A DNA stretch of 64,000 nucleotides, from the IMG/VR virus record IMGVR_UViG_3300026085_000093, positions 160,001 to 224,000 of that record. One strand, 5' to 3'. Within the stretch, counting starts at the first letter, position 1, and every line of letters begins with the position of its first letter. Below the pieces are notes generated by a model. That model was not told where the DNA came from, did not search any database, and was given only the letters and a program-made list of their open reading frames with translations. Of the stretch, positions 18,036 through 28,422 are shown in pieces. The stretch is from a virus. Its lineage: Duplodnaviria > Caudoviricetes. Position numbers and translations under genes: made by a program.

Positions 18036-21000
18036 ATGGCAACCAGAATTAGACACAAGCGAAGTGCGGTCGCTGACAAGAAACCTATAGTTTCACAATT
18101 AGACAGCGGCGAATTAGCAATTAACACAGCAGACGGTAAAGTTTTCCTACTTAGAGATGACAATACTGTTCAAGATATTACAAGAAGAATTTTTTCTAAA
18201 GATACTGAATTAGCAGTTAACGAACCTGATGATAGTACATCTGGCACCATTGATATGACAATTGACGGTGAAAAGAAATTTATCGGTTCTATTAGCGACT
18301 TAGAATTTCTTGATGATGTTACTATTGACAATGCTAAGTCACTGAAGATGAGAGAAGCAACTGCTTCAGGTCTTGACAGTATTAATATTAAAGCGCCTAC
18401 TACTATTCCAAGTTCATATGATATTGTTTTACCAACAGAAAATGGAATCGATGGACAGGTTTTACGTCTAACAAGTGATGGTTCTTTAGCATTTGAAAAC
18501 CCAGATGTTTACGGTGGTAACGTTGTGTATGTGTCTGCAGAACGTGGTAATGATGCTAATGATGGTTTGAACAAACCTGTAAGAACAATCAAACGTGCGT
18601 GTCAAATTGCTTCTGGTTTAGTTTATAATGTAGACGGTACAACAAACGGTATACGTGTAAACGTCAAAATTGCTGTAGGTGATTACGAGGAACAAAACCC
18701 GGTTATTGTTCCAGACAACACAGTTATCAAAGGTGACGGTTTGCGTGGTTGTATTATCCGTCCTGCAAACGCAAACCAAGATATTCTACGTGTTAGAAAC
18801 GCTTGTTATTTTGGTGAATTTACATTTAGAGATAAGGTTGATGCTAACTTTGTTCCTTTATGGACTGGTGATTATTGTGTTGCATTTGACGATCCGAATG
18901 ATGCAACTGTAGATAGAACAGGTTACACTAACCTACCTGATACTGCTCCATTCATTACTGTTTCGCCATATGTACAAAACTGTTCAATTCTTTCTTTCCT
19001 TGGTCTAAACGGTGCAAAAATTGACGGTGCTAAGATTGTTTCTCCAAACATTGGTCTAATTCCATTAGAACAAGAAAATCCAGTGCTCGGTGCTACTCCT
19101 GAACAAGGTAAGTCTATGGTTGCTAACGCATTTACTATGCTTAGTTTCGGTGGTACAGGTTGGCGTCTACTAAACGATGCTTATGCACAGATCGTTTCTT
19201 GTTTCCAAATTTTCCTACTAAACGGTGTTTATACACAGTCAGGCGGTTATTGTTCAATTACTAACTCTGCTACAAACTTTGGTTTGTATTCACTACGTTC
19301 ATCAGGTTATTCACCTAAAGCATTCGTTTTTGACCGTGCTTTTGTTACAGCAACAGGTCAAAGTGAAGGCTTACAAACAGTTAGTATTGTTGGTTTAAAT
19401 CGTACTGCACCAGTTGAAGAATTCGTTTTACGCTTTAGAGATCCTGAATATAAAATTGCTTACGATCTTATTCAAGGCGAAACACAAAATATTATTGACG
19501 ATACTATAACTTATATCACAAACAGTGTTGCAGCCGCAACGCCTGGCGATATATGGTATTTGTTTAATTACGACGAAGCAAAGTGTCGTAGAGATTTAAG
19601 TATTATTTTAGATGCTGTTAGTAGAGATACATGGGCAACTGCTAATGCTTTGACTAGACAGGCAGCACTTGCATACTATTCTCAACGTATTGCAGATAGT
19701 TCTAACATTACTATCAGTGGACAAGAAGAACAAACAATTGATGCAATTGAAGAAGCAAGTAGACTAACAGGTATTGTACTTACAGATCTTGATAGTGAAC
19801 CTAGAGCATACGTAGATGAACTATTTGATTTGGTTAAAAATGCAATTGCAGATCCGGACAGTATTCCGGCATCGTTTGACGTAAGTTCAGAAGGTGAAAT
19901 TACAAACCAATTTAAAGATCCGCCCGATGAAGTTTTATTTAATGGTGGATCAGGTGTTTCTGAAATTACAAATATTTTTACAAAAACAGCACACGGACTT
20001 GTAAATGGTGAACAAGTTGTATATAGTGCTAACGGAAATGTTCCAATTCAGGGACTTGACGAAGAGCAAACCTATTATGTGAAACTAATTAATGTAAATG
20101 AATTTAGTTTGACATTTGATGACAGTTTAGAGTTTGATGTTAATATTATTGCAACATCTAGCGGTACTCACAAATTCCTTACAAACATCAAAGAATTCTT
20201 TGTAAAAGAAATTATTTCAAGTCACACAACATATCAAAAGCTTATTTTACCTTCAGGTAGTGAAGGTTACGCATTTGTTCCAGGTAGACAAATTACTGCT
20301 ACAACAGGTGCAGCAAATAACCGTGCTATTGTTTATAGTTGGACACCTAACCTTAGAGAACTTGTAGTTTCAATCGAAGAAGTTGCAGTAGGTGAATCTA
20401 CACAGAGAGTACAATTTAGTAATTTAAGTATTATTGATGACGATCACACACCTAGTCCTAACACAAATATCGGTGTAAGTGAAGTACAACCATTTGTCGG
20501 TTATTCAACCGCAACATTTACAATTGAACCTACAGTTGCAGGCGAACTACTAACAAATCTTGTCGCGCTTCCTGAGAAAGCAATTTGGTTACATAGACCT
20601 TCAATTGTTAACAGTTCATCACACACTTGGGAATTTGCAGGGTCGGGTACAGACTATAACGCCTTACCACAAAACGGCGGTAATACAAGAACAGAATACG
20701 AACAGTTTGAAGAATTACCAGGACGTTGTTACTCATCAGGTACAAACGAACTTGGTGACTTTAAAGTTGGTGACTTTATTACAGCGTTTAACAGAACTGG
20801 TAACATTACGTTTAGAAACAAAGTTCAGGTGGACGAACTTGATGCTTTGAGACTAAGTCTTTCTAATGTTGCCATTGAAGAAATTTCAACAAGTGTTAAC
20901 TTAGGTGACGATGAAATTGGCGGTCCGAGTGATTCAAGACTATCTACACAGTTAGCAACAAGAAGTTTCTTATCAAACAGATTAGGAGGATTTATTGATA

Positions 21001-24000
21001 AATCTGTTTCAACTGCGGCAGTTCCTGGTGCTATTGTTCAGTTGAATACTAATGGTCAGTTGAATCCAGATTTGATTCCTGCTACACGACAGTTTACAAG
21101 TACAAACACAGATGGATATGAATCAAGACTTACACAAGTTGACGAAATTCCAGCAATCGATCTAAAAGCAGGTGATATCGGTACAGAAGAATATGATCAA
21201 ATCGAATTAACATTTTCATCACCAATTTCAGCAAATGACGGTGATTTAATTACACAACCTGTAACAGGCGCTAGGGGTTTAGCAAAAGGTAATTATGCTT
21301 CATCAACTAACTTATTAGTTGCTAGTGAAGATAACCAATTCAAGCCAGGTGAGGACTCAACAGGCACCGACTTTGATACTACAAACAATATCTTCATTGC
21401 GGGGGTTGACACTGGACAAGCACCATTAACACTTGGTTCGGTATCAGAAATTACTGATAACTTCTTCTTAAAAAGTTCTAACTCTAGTCAGTATCTTGTA
21501 TTAGATTCAAGTGGTGCGCCTTTCAACTTTACAGTTGAAACAATTACTAATGTTGAAAGAACAGGCAATGTTGCTACAATTACAACAAGCGGCAACCATA
21601 ACCTTGCAATTGGTAACAATGTTGAAGTTGAGTGTAATGATACACTTTACAACGAAAACGGCCTAGTTACAGGTGTACCTAGTACAACAACATTTACAAT
21701 AGAAAACACAGGATCTAATGAAGGCAGCAAAGCAGCAACAGGTACAGTAAGGACCATTGTTACTTCTGCAGACGGCAACGCACAAGGTGCAGTTACAGAA
21801 ACACGTTTTGGTGTATGTACGAACGTGGATAACGCTAATATCACTGGCGGTAGTGGTTATACACCTACACTAGGTACTCTTGTTTACGAAATGGTAGACT
21901 TACAAGCAAAAACTGGAGTAGGTACAGGTGCAAAAGCAGATATTACTGTTACAGCAGGACAAATCAGTGATGTGGATCTACGTAGAGGCGGTACAGGCTA
22001 TGCAGCAGGTGATTTACTAGAAGTAAATGCAAGTGATGTAGGCGGTACAGGTAGTGGTTTTGAAATTGAAATTGCTGCTATCGAAGATAGAGCATATGTA
22101 AACATTTTAGGTGGCGAACTTTACGTGGCAAGTGCATCATCGATTGACTTTATTGAAGACAATGATGCAGTAAGTTCTAAAATTACTACTACACTAGATG
22201 ACAGCATTGTGAATCAGTTTTTAGCAGGTACTATAGCAGGCGGCGGCGATGTTGACTATACAACCTATAGAATTACAATGACCGCCCATGGATACTCAGA
22301 CGGTGATCCTATTAGATATAATACATTAGGTAATGTTGCAATCGGCGGATTACTAAATGGTAGTGTGTATTATGCAAAGCGTATTGACGCAAATACTATC
22401 GAAGTATACGAAGATTTTAGTTTGTTAAATCAAATTGAATTCTTAACAACTCCTGCTAACAACGCCCATCAATGGACAAGATTTAACGTTAACATTTATG
22501 ATAACAGTATTATTGTTCTAAACCACGGCTTAACAACTGGTGACGCTATTAGAATAGAAGAAGAAGATGATGGAAGTTCAGGAACTGGACTATTTTCTAT
22601 AAACGGTACTCAAGTTATAACAGGTTCAAGATTCTTTATTGGTTCTGTTACAACTAACAGTTTCACCCTACATACACTACGTTCAGATGCTTTAAGCAGT
22701 ATTAACGGACTTGTAACAAATGCTTCGGATATTACTGCAACCGGTACAGGTGATGCAGATGTTATTCCAAATAATGTGCAAGTTAACACAGTAGTCAATA
22801 CATCGAGTAGATTGAAAGCAAACTGGAATACACTTGCTGTTACAAACATTGATGCAAGTAACATTATTTCAGGTACTGTATCGCCGAGCAGATTAGGTTC
22901 AAGTGGTATTGCAAGTAGTGATACATTCTTAAGAGGTGATAGTGCTTATGCTGTTGCAGTTCAAACACTTACAAAAGCCAGCACAACTGACAATCCAATT
23001 ACACTTACTGGTCCAAACACCAGTGGCGACTATTATGGTGCAGTCGATATCGGTATTGCTAATGTTGATTATGACCCAGGCGGTACATATTCTACACTAG
23101 GTACAAGTAGATTCTTCCAACAACAATTTGATGTTGACGCTGCTGGCACAGGTCAAGTGTTTATCAAAGATGGTGTAGTTGATGCAGGCACATTAGACGG
23201 TTTAGATAGCAGTTATTTCCTTAACCCTGCTAACCTAACAAGCAATGTGCCTGTTAACAGAGGCGGTACTAACCTAAGTACATATGCTGACGGTGACTTG
23301 ATTTATGCACAAACATCAGGTACACTAAATGCCCTTAATATTGGTAGACAAGGAAATATACTTGTAGTAAACAGTGGTTATCCTGTATGGGGTGATGCCG
23401 TTGATGTCTTAAATAATTTAGATATAGGTGCAGCAGATACAAGTTCTAAGAGTACTGCTACTGGTAAAGTTTACAATGAAAATCTTACAACTGTTGAAAT
23501 AAGCGGTGAAGCAGATGTTACTAGAATTGGTGCAAGTACATCAACTAGAGCAATTACTTCATTTATTGACGGATATGATGCTGCAACAAGTCAAGTTGTT
23601 GCTATCAATTTAAATAGTTTTACAAGAAACACAAATGAAAACGTAAACAACACAGACGACTTTATTCCGCTTTCTAGCACAGCAACAATTGAAGTTGGCA
23701 TGGTTGTTACAGGAAGTGCAAGTTTACAAGCAAACACAGTAGTAACAGGTGTTTCAGATGATGTAGTATATATTGACAAACCTACAACAGGCACTATTCC
23801 AACAACATCTACTTTAACTTTTACTTACACACCAGAAGTACTAGGTATTAGAGCAGGCGATTTTGTTACTATTGCAAGTAGCGGTGTTGCTTCATTAGAT
23901 GGTACATGGCCAGTATTAGGTGCAACAGTCAATGCAACTTCGTTTACTATACAAACAGAATTAAATGTTACAGTAAGTAGTTCAGGCGGCGTTGCAGGTA

Positions 24001-27000
24001 GTGCAGTAATTAATAATAAACTAATTGTTAAACATCGAAAAGTAATTTTTGGCGATGCAGAAGCAAGTGCAACACCAGCAGATGTAGAAATACATGGCGC
24101 AGCAGGTATCGGTACAGACATCGGCGGCGGCGAAATTAAAATTGTAGGCGGTCTTGGAACTGGTGCAGGTACAGGTGGAGACTTTGTTGTAGAAACTGGC
24201 ACAGTTACAACAACAAGCGATTTCCTACAAAGTCCATCAGAAAGATTGCGTATCGATACAAGCGGTGTTTTAACTTATACAGGTTATGCAAAATTTACAA
24301 CTACTGCTGGTATAAAAATTCCAGTAGGTACAAGCGCACAACGTCCAGGCGCACCTGGTGTAGGTACAGCAGCAGCGCAAGGCCAAATTCGTTATAATAC
24401 TAGCGACAGTACATTTGAAGGTTACGATGGAAGTAACTGGGGTTCATTGGGCGGTGTTAAAGACGTTGACCAAGATACCAAAATTGAAGCTGAATCTAGT
24501 GCTGGAGTAGATAATGATCAGTTAGATTTCTATACAGCAGGCACACAGCGTATGCAAATCGGTGCAACTGGTGACCTAGCATTTGGTGATTCGTTGAATA
24601 AGTTTACTGTTGCTTATGCAACTGGTACTGCAACATTTGCAGGAGACTTAACAGTTTCAGGTAACCTAACAGTAGATGGTACAACTGTTACACTAAACAC
24701 AACAACACTAGACGTTGAAGATATCAACATCACAGTAGCAAAAGGCGCAGCGAATGCTGCCGCAGCAGACGGCGCTGGTCTTACAGTAGACGGTGCAAAT
24801 GCAACATGGACTTATGATGCATCAAACACTAGTTGGGATTCAAGTGAAGATATTAATCTTGTAAGCAGTAAAGCATATTTTATCAATGACGTAAGTGTTC
24901 TAAACTCTACAACACTTGGTGCAAATATTGTAAACTCTAGTTTAACTGTTGTAGGAACACTTAATACTGGTTCAATAAGTTCAGGCTTTGGTAATATTAA
25001 TATTGGATCATCAAATCTAACAGCAACAGGCACAATAAGCCTAGGTGCAACTAGTTTCAACGATAATAATATTACAAACGTTGGTACAATTAGTTTAGAT
25101 ACAATCCAAAAAGATGCAGGCACAGGAATCAACTTTGCATCAGGAACAATTGTAACAGTAAGCGACACAACTGAATCTACAATAGCAACAGATGGTGCAT
25201 TAATTGTTTCAGGCGGTGTTGGTATTGCTAAAAAACTAAGAGTTGGCGGTGTTATATACGGCGATGGTAGCGGACTAACAAATCTAAATGCGTCACAGTT
25301 ACTAAGTGGTACTATTCCGGATGCAGTGCTTCCTACTTCACAAACAGGAAAAACATTTACAAGTGATATCACAGTAAATGGACACTTGATCGGTGAAGGC
25401 GGTGGAAGCAGTGCTACTAACTTCTTTGCAGGAGGAGGTGCTGCTGTAACAACTGGTATAGACTCAGTCGGTGTAGGAGACGGTGTATTTGGTGCTGTAT
25501 TAACAGGCAATCAAAACACCGGTGTTGGTAAAGATGCTCTTGCATTAGTTACTGCATCAGCAAACAACACAGCAATGGGTGCATACACACTTTCACAGAT
25601 TGATGCAGCAACAGGCGGCAACACAGCAATCGGTGCTGAAAGTATGCAGAACTCAATTACTGCTAATGCAAACGTTGCTATTGGTTATAAAGCACTAGAA
25701 ATTGCAAATGCAAGTAACAACGTAATTATTGGATACGGCGCAGGTGCGACAATTACAACAGGTAGTAACAACATTGTTATTGGTAAAGATGCTGCACCAA
25801 CAGCAAATACCACAGACAATGAAATTACATTAGGTACTTCTTCGCATACAAATCTAAGAATACCAGGTGTAGGACTAACTGTTAACACTACAACATTGTC
25901 ATTTAGTGGTACTACTGGTTTTGCAGGTGTCGGTACTTCACTTACTGCACTTAATGCAAGCCAACTTACAAGTGGAACTGTACCAGATGGTAGAATTTCA
26001 AGTTCAAGTGTAACACAGCACGAAACTGACATTGATGCTGTAGGTACACTAAACGCAGGTGCAATTAGTTCTGGCTTTGGTAACATTGATATTGGTACAA
26101 GCACATTTACTGGTAACGGTAGTGGTCTAACATCACTAAACGCAAGTAACTTATCAAGTGGTACTGTTGCAGGTACAAGACTAGGCGGCAACCAGTCAAT
26201 GAGTGGTATTAAGACGTTCTCAAACACTACTGAAGCAAGCAGCACAACAACAGGTGCTGTTAAAGTAAGTGGTGGTGTTGGTATTGCTAAAAACCTACAT
26301 GTTGGCGGAACAATTACAGGTAATGGTAGTGGTCTAACATCACTAAACGCAAGTAACTTATCAAGTGGTACAGTACCTAACGCAAGAATTAGCGGTAGTT
26401 ACACAGGTATTACTGGTACTGGCGCACTAGATGCAGGTCAAATTACCAGCAACTTTGGTAACATTAACATTGGTACAAGTACATTTACTGGTAACGGTAG
26501 TGGGCTTACAAATGTTAGTGCAGATACGCTAGATGGTATTGATAGCACACAGTTCTTACGTTCGGATGCTAACGATACAGCAAGTGGCGTTATTAGTTTA
26601 GTAGGTGCAGGCGCACAAAGACTTGTTATTAGAAACACAACAAACGCAGGCGGTGCTAGAATTGACTTTACTGACCATGCATCTAATACGCAATATGGTA
26701 GACTAAACTTTGAGCATTCAGACAGTGCGTCACCTGGCAGTGCATATGGTGCAGTATTCAAATTCCAAACAACAGAAACAAACTTAGCAGTTACTATTGA
26801 TGGACCGGGTGACTTCTATGTCAACGGAAACAAAGTATGGCATGCTGGTAACGATGGTGCAGGTTCAGGACTAGATGCTGACACAGTTGACGGACAAGAC
26901 ATTGGCGATTTTGTTAACGGCGCAGGAGTAGACAACGGACTTACTACAATTAGAGTAAACGATGCAGACTTTATTGTTCAAGATACTACAGACACCACAA

Positions 27001-28157
27001 CAAACTATATATGGAGAGATCATAGTGAAAACGCCTTGTATTTAGGTACAGCAAATGCTGTTGTTACACTGCGATCAACATTAGACTTAAACTCAAATAA
27101 TCTCACTAACGGTGGTACTATTAGTGGTACGTTTAGTGGTAATGGCGCAAGTATTACAGATATCAATGCTGGTAACATTACATCTGGTACATTCCCAGAT
27201 CTATTTAGTTCTAGTACACGCTACAACATTGGTCTTATTGATGGCTACGGAGCAAACAGTTACGATAAGATCAGAGTTTGGAATTCGAGTTCATATACAA
27301 TTGGTATGACAAGTGCTCAAAGTTATGGTTGGCTAAATGACTATGCAATGACATTTACTATGAACGATGATACTGATAGAGGCTTCTTATGGAGAGATAC
27401 CAGTGATGTAGCATCAGATGGTGCTATGTCACTTACTACAAACGGTAACTTGATGGTTAAGAATGCTATTGGTTTAGCAGGTAATACTGGTGCTTATATC
27501 CAAGCAGCAAACACTCAAAACTACGGTACTATAAGAGTAGAAGGTTCCAACGGCACCAGCGGATCATACGCAGGTTATTCAGTTAGAGATGACTGGGTTA
27601 TGATGTCAAGCAGCGCAAGTAACTGTGGACTTTATAATGATACTGACAACGAATGGGCATGGTATGCACAACAAAACTCTTACACATACATCTACTATAA
27701 TGGTTCATGGAGAGCAAGAGCACAAAACGAAGGTTGGTATGTAAACGGTCAATTGCTTGCAACAAGCGAAGTTACAGCATACTACTCAGACGAACGTTTG
27801 AAAACATTCACAGGTAAACTAGAAGGTGCCCTTGATAAAGTAAAAGCACTCAATGGTTATCTATATGTTGAAAACGAAACTGCTAAGAAGTACGGATACA
27901 ACAATGACAATTCACAAGTAGGTGTTAGTGCCCAAGAAGTACAAAAGGTACTACCAGAAGCAGTTGTTGCTGCACCGTTCGACTTAGACGAAGATGGTAA
28001 CAGTAAGTCAGGTGAAAACTATCTAACAGTTAAGTATGAGCGTATGGTTCCGTTGTTAATTGAAGCAGTAAAAGAAGCAGATGACAAAATTGAAGCACAG
28101 GCTGCTGAGATTGCTGAACTAAAAGCAATGGTGCAAAAATTAATTGAAAAAAATTAA
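18036..28157 (+). CDS. Giant tail fibre protein with Mtd-N-like N-terminus, beta-helix, YadA-like head repeats and C-terminal peptidase S74 intramolecular chaperone
   Basis: 3373 aa; N-term RIRHKRSAVADKKP...GELAINTADGKVF; NTAIG/NVAIG repeats; C-term YYSDERLK...ALDKV...GVSAQEVQKVLPEAV...YLTVKYERMVPLLIEAVKE. Confidence 0.88.
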   Translation: MATRIRHKRSAVADKKPIVSQLDSGELAINTADGKVFLLRDDNTVQDITRRIFSKDTELAVNEPDDSTSGTIDMTIDGEKKFIGSISDLEFLDDVTIDNAKSLKMREATASGLDSINIKAPTTIPSSYDIVLPTENGIDGQVLRLTSDGSLAFENPDVYGGNVVYVSAERGNDANDGLNKPVRTIKRACQIASGLVYNVDGTTNGIRVNVKIAVGDYEEQNPVIVPDNTVIKGDGLRGCIIRPANANQDILRVRNACYFGEFTFRDKVDANFVPLWTGDYCVAFDDPNDATVDRTGYTNLPDTAPFITVSPYVQNCSILSFLGLNGAKIDGAKIVSPNIGLIPLEQENPVLGATPEQGKSMVANAFTMLSFGGTGWRLLNDAYAQIVSCFQIFLLNGVYTQSGGYCSITNSATNFGLYSLRSSGYSPKAFVFDRAFVTATGQSEGLQTVSIVGLNRTAPVEEFVLRFRDPEYKIAYDLIQGETQNIIDDTITYITNSVAAATPGDIWYLFNYDEAKCRRDLSIILDAVSRDTWATANALTRQAALAYYSQRIADSSNITISGQEEQTIDAIEEASRLTGIVLTDLDSEPRAYVDELFDLVKNAIADPDSIPASFDVSSEGEITNQFKDPPDEVLFNGGSGVSEITNIFTKTAHGLVNGEQVVYSANGNVPIQGLDEEQTYYVKLINVNEFSLTFDDSLEFDVNIIATSSGTHKFLTNIKEFFVKEIISSHTTYQKLILPSGSEGYAFVPGRQITATTGAANNRAIVYSWTPNLRELVVSIEEVAVGESTQRVQFSNLSIIDDDHTPSPNTNIGVSEVQPFVGYSTATFTIEPTVAGELLTNLVALPEKAIWLHRPSIVNSSSHTWEFAGSGTDYNALPQNGGNTRTEYEQFEELPGRCYSSGTNELGDFKVGDFITAFNRTGNITFRNKVQVDELDALRLSLSNVAIEEISTSVNLGDDEIGGPSDSRLSTQLATRSFLSNRLGGFIDKSVSTAAVPGAIVQLNTNGQLNPDLIPATRQFTSTNTDGYESRLTQVDEIPAIDLKAGDIGTEEYDQIELTFSSPISANDGDLITQPVTGARGLAKGNYASSTNLLVASEDNQFKPGEDSTGTDFDTTNNIFIAGVDTGQAPLTLGSVSEITDNFFLKSSNSSQYLVLDSSGAPFNFTVETITNVERTGNVATITTSGNHNLAIGNNVEVECNDTLYNENGLVTGVPSTTTFTIENTGSNEGSKAATGTVRTIVTSADGNAQGAVTETRFGVCTNVDNANITGGSGYTPTLGTLVYEMVDLQAKTGVGTGAKADITVTAGQISDVDLRRGGTGYAAGDLLEVNASDVGGTGSGFEIEIAAIEDRAYVNILGGELYVASASSIDFIEDNDAVSSKITTTLDDSIVNQFLAGTIAGGGDVDYTTYRITMTAHGYSDGDPIRYNTLGNVAIGGLLNGSVYYAKRIDANTIEVYEDFSLLNQIEFLTTPANNAHQWTRFNVNIYDNSIIVLNHGLTTGDAIRIEEEDDGSSGTGLFSINGTQVITGSRFFIGSVTTNSFTLHTLRSDALSSINGLVTNASDITATGTGDADVIPNNVQVNTVVNTSSRLKANWNTLAVTNIDASNIISGTVSPSRLGSSGIASSDTFLRGDSAYAVAVQTLTKASTTDNPITLTGPNTSGDYYGAVDIGIANVDYDPGGTYSTLGTSRFFQQQFDVDAAGTGQVFIKDGVVDAGTLDGLDSSYFLNPANLTSNVPVNRGGTNLSTYADGDLIYAQTSGTLNALNIGRQGNILVVNSGYPVWGDAVDVLNNLDIGAADTSSKSTATGKVYNENLTTVEISGEADVTRIGASTSTRAITSFIDGYDAATSQVVAINLNSFTRNTNENVNNTDDFIPLSSTATIEVGMVVTGSASLQANTVVTGVSDDVVYIDKPTTGTIPTTSTLTFTYTPEVLGIRAGDFVTIASSGVASLDGTWPVLGATVNATSFTIQTELNVTVSSSGGVAGSAVINNKLIVKHRKVIFGDAEASATPADVEIHGAAGIGTDIGGGEIKIVGGLGTGAGTGGDFVVETGTVTTTSDFLQSPSERLRIDTSGVLTYTGYAKFTTTAGIKIPVGTSAQRPGAPGVGTAAAQGQIRYNTSDSTFEGYDGSNWGSLGGVKDVDQDTKIEAESSAGVDNDQLDFYTAGTQRMQIGATGDLAFGDSLNKFTVAYATGTATFAGDLTVSGNLTVDGTTVTLNTTTLDVEDINITVAKGAANAAAADGAGLTVDGANATWTYDASNTSWDSSEDINLVSSKAYFINDVSVLNSTTLGANIVNSSLTVVGTLNTGSISSGFGNINIGSSNLTATGTISLGATSFNDNNITNVGTISLDTIQKDAGTGINFASGTIVTVSDTTESTIATDGALIVSGGVGIAKKLRVGGVIYGDGSGLTNLNASQLLSGTIPDAVLPTSQTGKTFTSDITVNGHLIGEGGGSSATNFFAGGGAAVTTGIDSVGVGDGVFGAVLTGNQNTGVGKDALALVTASANNTAMGAYTLSQIDAATGGNTAIGAESMQNSITANANVAIGYKALEIANASNNVIIGYGAGATITTGSNNIVIGKDAAPTANTTDNEITLGTSSHTNLRIPGVGLTVNTTTLSFSGTTGFAGVGTSLTALNASQLTSGTVPDGRISSSSVTQHETDIDAVGTLNAGAISSGFGNIDIGTSTFTGNGSGLTSLNASNLSSGTVAGTRLGGNQSMSGIKTFSNTTEASSTTTGAVKVSGGVGIAKNLHVGGTITGNGSGLTSLNASNLSSGTVPNARISGSYTGITGTGALDAGQITSNFGNINIGTSTFTGNGSGLTNVSADTLDGIDSTQFLRSDANDTASGVISLVGAGAQRLVIRNTTNAGGARIDFTDHASNTQYGRLNFEHSDSASPGSAYGAVFKFQTTETNLAVTIDGPGDFYVNGNKVWHAGNDGAGSGLDADTVDGQDIGDFVNGAGVDNGLTTIRVNDADFIVQDTTDTTTNYIWRDHSENALYLGTANAVVTLRSTLDLNSNNLTNGGTISGTFSGNGASITDINAGNITSGTFPDLFSSSTRYNIGLIDGYGANSYDKIRVWNSSSYTIGMTSAQSYGWLNDYAMTFTMNDDTDRGFLWRDTSDVASDGAMSLTTNGNLMVKNAIGLAGNTGAYIQAANTQNYGTIRVEGSNGTSGSYAGYSVRDDWVMMSSSASNCGLYNDTDNEWAWYAQQNSYTYIYYNGSWRARAQNEGWYVNGQLLATSEVTAYYSDERLKTFTGKLEGALDKVKALNGYLYVENETAKKYGYNNDNSQVGVSAQEVQKVLPEAVVAAPFDLDEDGNSKSGENYLTVKYERMVPLLIEAVKEADDKIEAQAAEIAELKAMVQKLIEKN
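26118..26371 (+). repeat. Identical 47-bp direct repeat inside the tail fibre gene
   Basis: GGTAGTGGTCTAACATCACTAAACGCAAGTAACTTATCAAGTGGTAC at 26118-26164 and 26325-26371 (207 nt apart, in frame). Confidence 0.9.
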
Positions 28158-28166
28158 AAAAAGTTC

Positions 28167-28195
28167 TTGACAAAGATTCTATTTGCAGTTAGTAT
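28167..28195 (+). promoter_or_regulatory. Sigma70-type promoter
   Basis: A-tract, TTGACA (28167-28172), 17-nt spacer, TAGTAT (28190-28195). Confidence 0.7.
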
Positions 28196-28224
28196 GTATA
28201 TATTAACTGTAGATAGGATCACTT

Positions 28225-28398
28225 ATGGCATTACCTCCAACAGGATCACAAATTACTATGAGCGAAATTAGAAACTATTTTGGCTCTTCAACAACCCCAA
28301 TTACAATGAGTTTTTTGGGTAGCTACTTGGGTATCTCAAGTGGTACAACAATTCCTATGAGTTCAACATTTGGCGGTTTAGGAACTCCAGGAGTATAA
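28225..28398 (+). CDS. 57-aa protein missed by ORF track; resembles fibre-tip attachment (adhesin N-terminal) module
   Basis: MALPPTGSQITMSEIRNYFGSSTTPITMSFLGSYLGISSGTTIPMSSTFGGLGTPGV; AGGA SD; directly after S74-ended fibre. Confidence 0.7.
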   Translation: MALPPTGSQITMSEIRNYFGSSTTPITMSFLGSYLGISSGTTIPMSSTFGGLGTPGV

Positions 28399-28422
28399 CT
28401 AGCAAAGTAAAGGAGCAGACGT

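Noticed and set aside
18036-28157. Possible diversity-generating retroelement target (Mtd-N-like start, internal repeats)
   Set aside because: No reverse transcriptase in the window, the C-terminus is an S74 chaperone rather than a C-type lectin, and repeat differences are synonymous, not adenine-specific.
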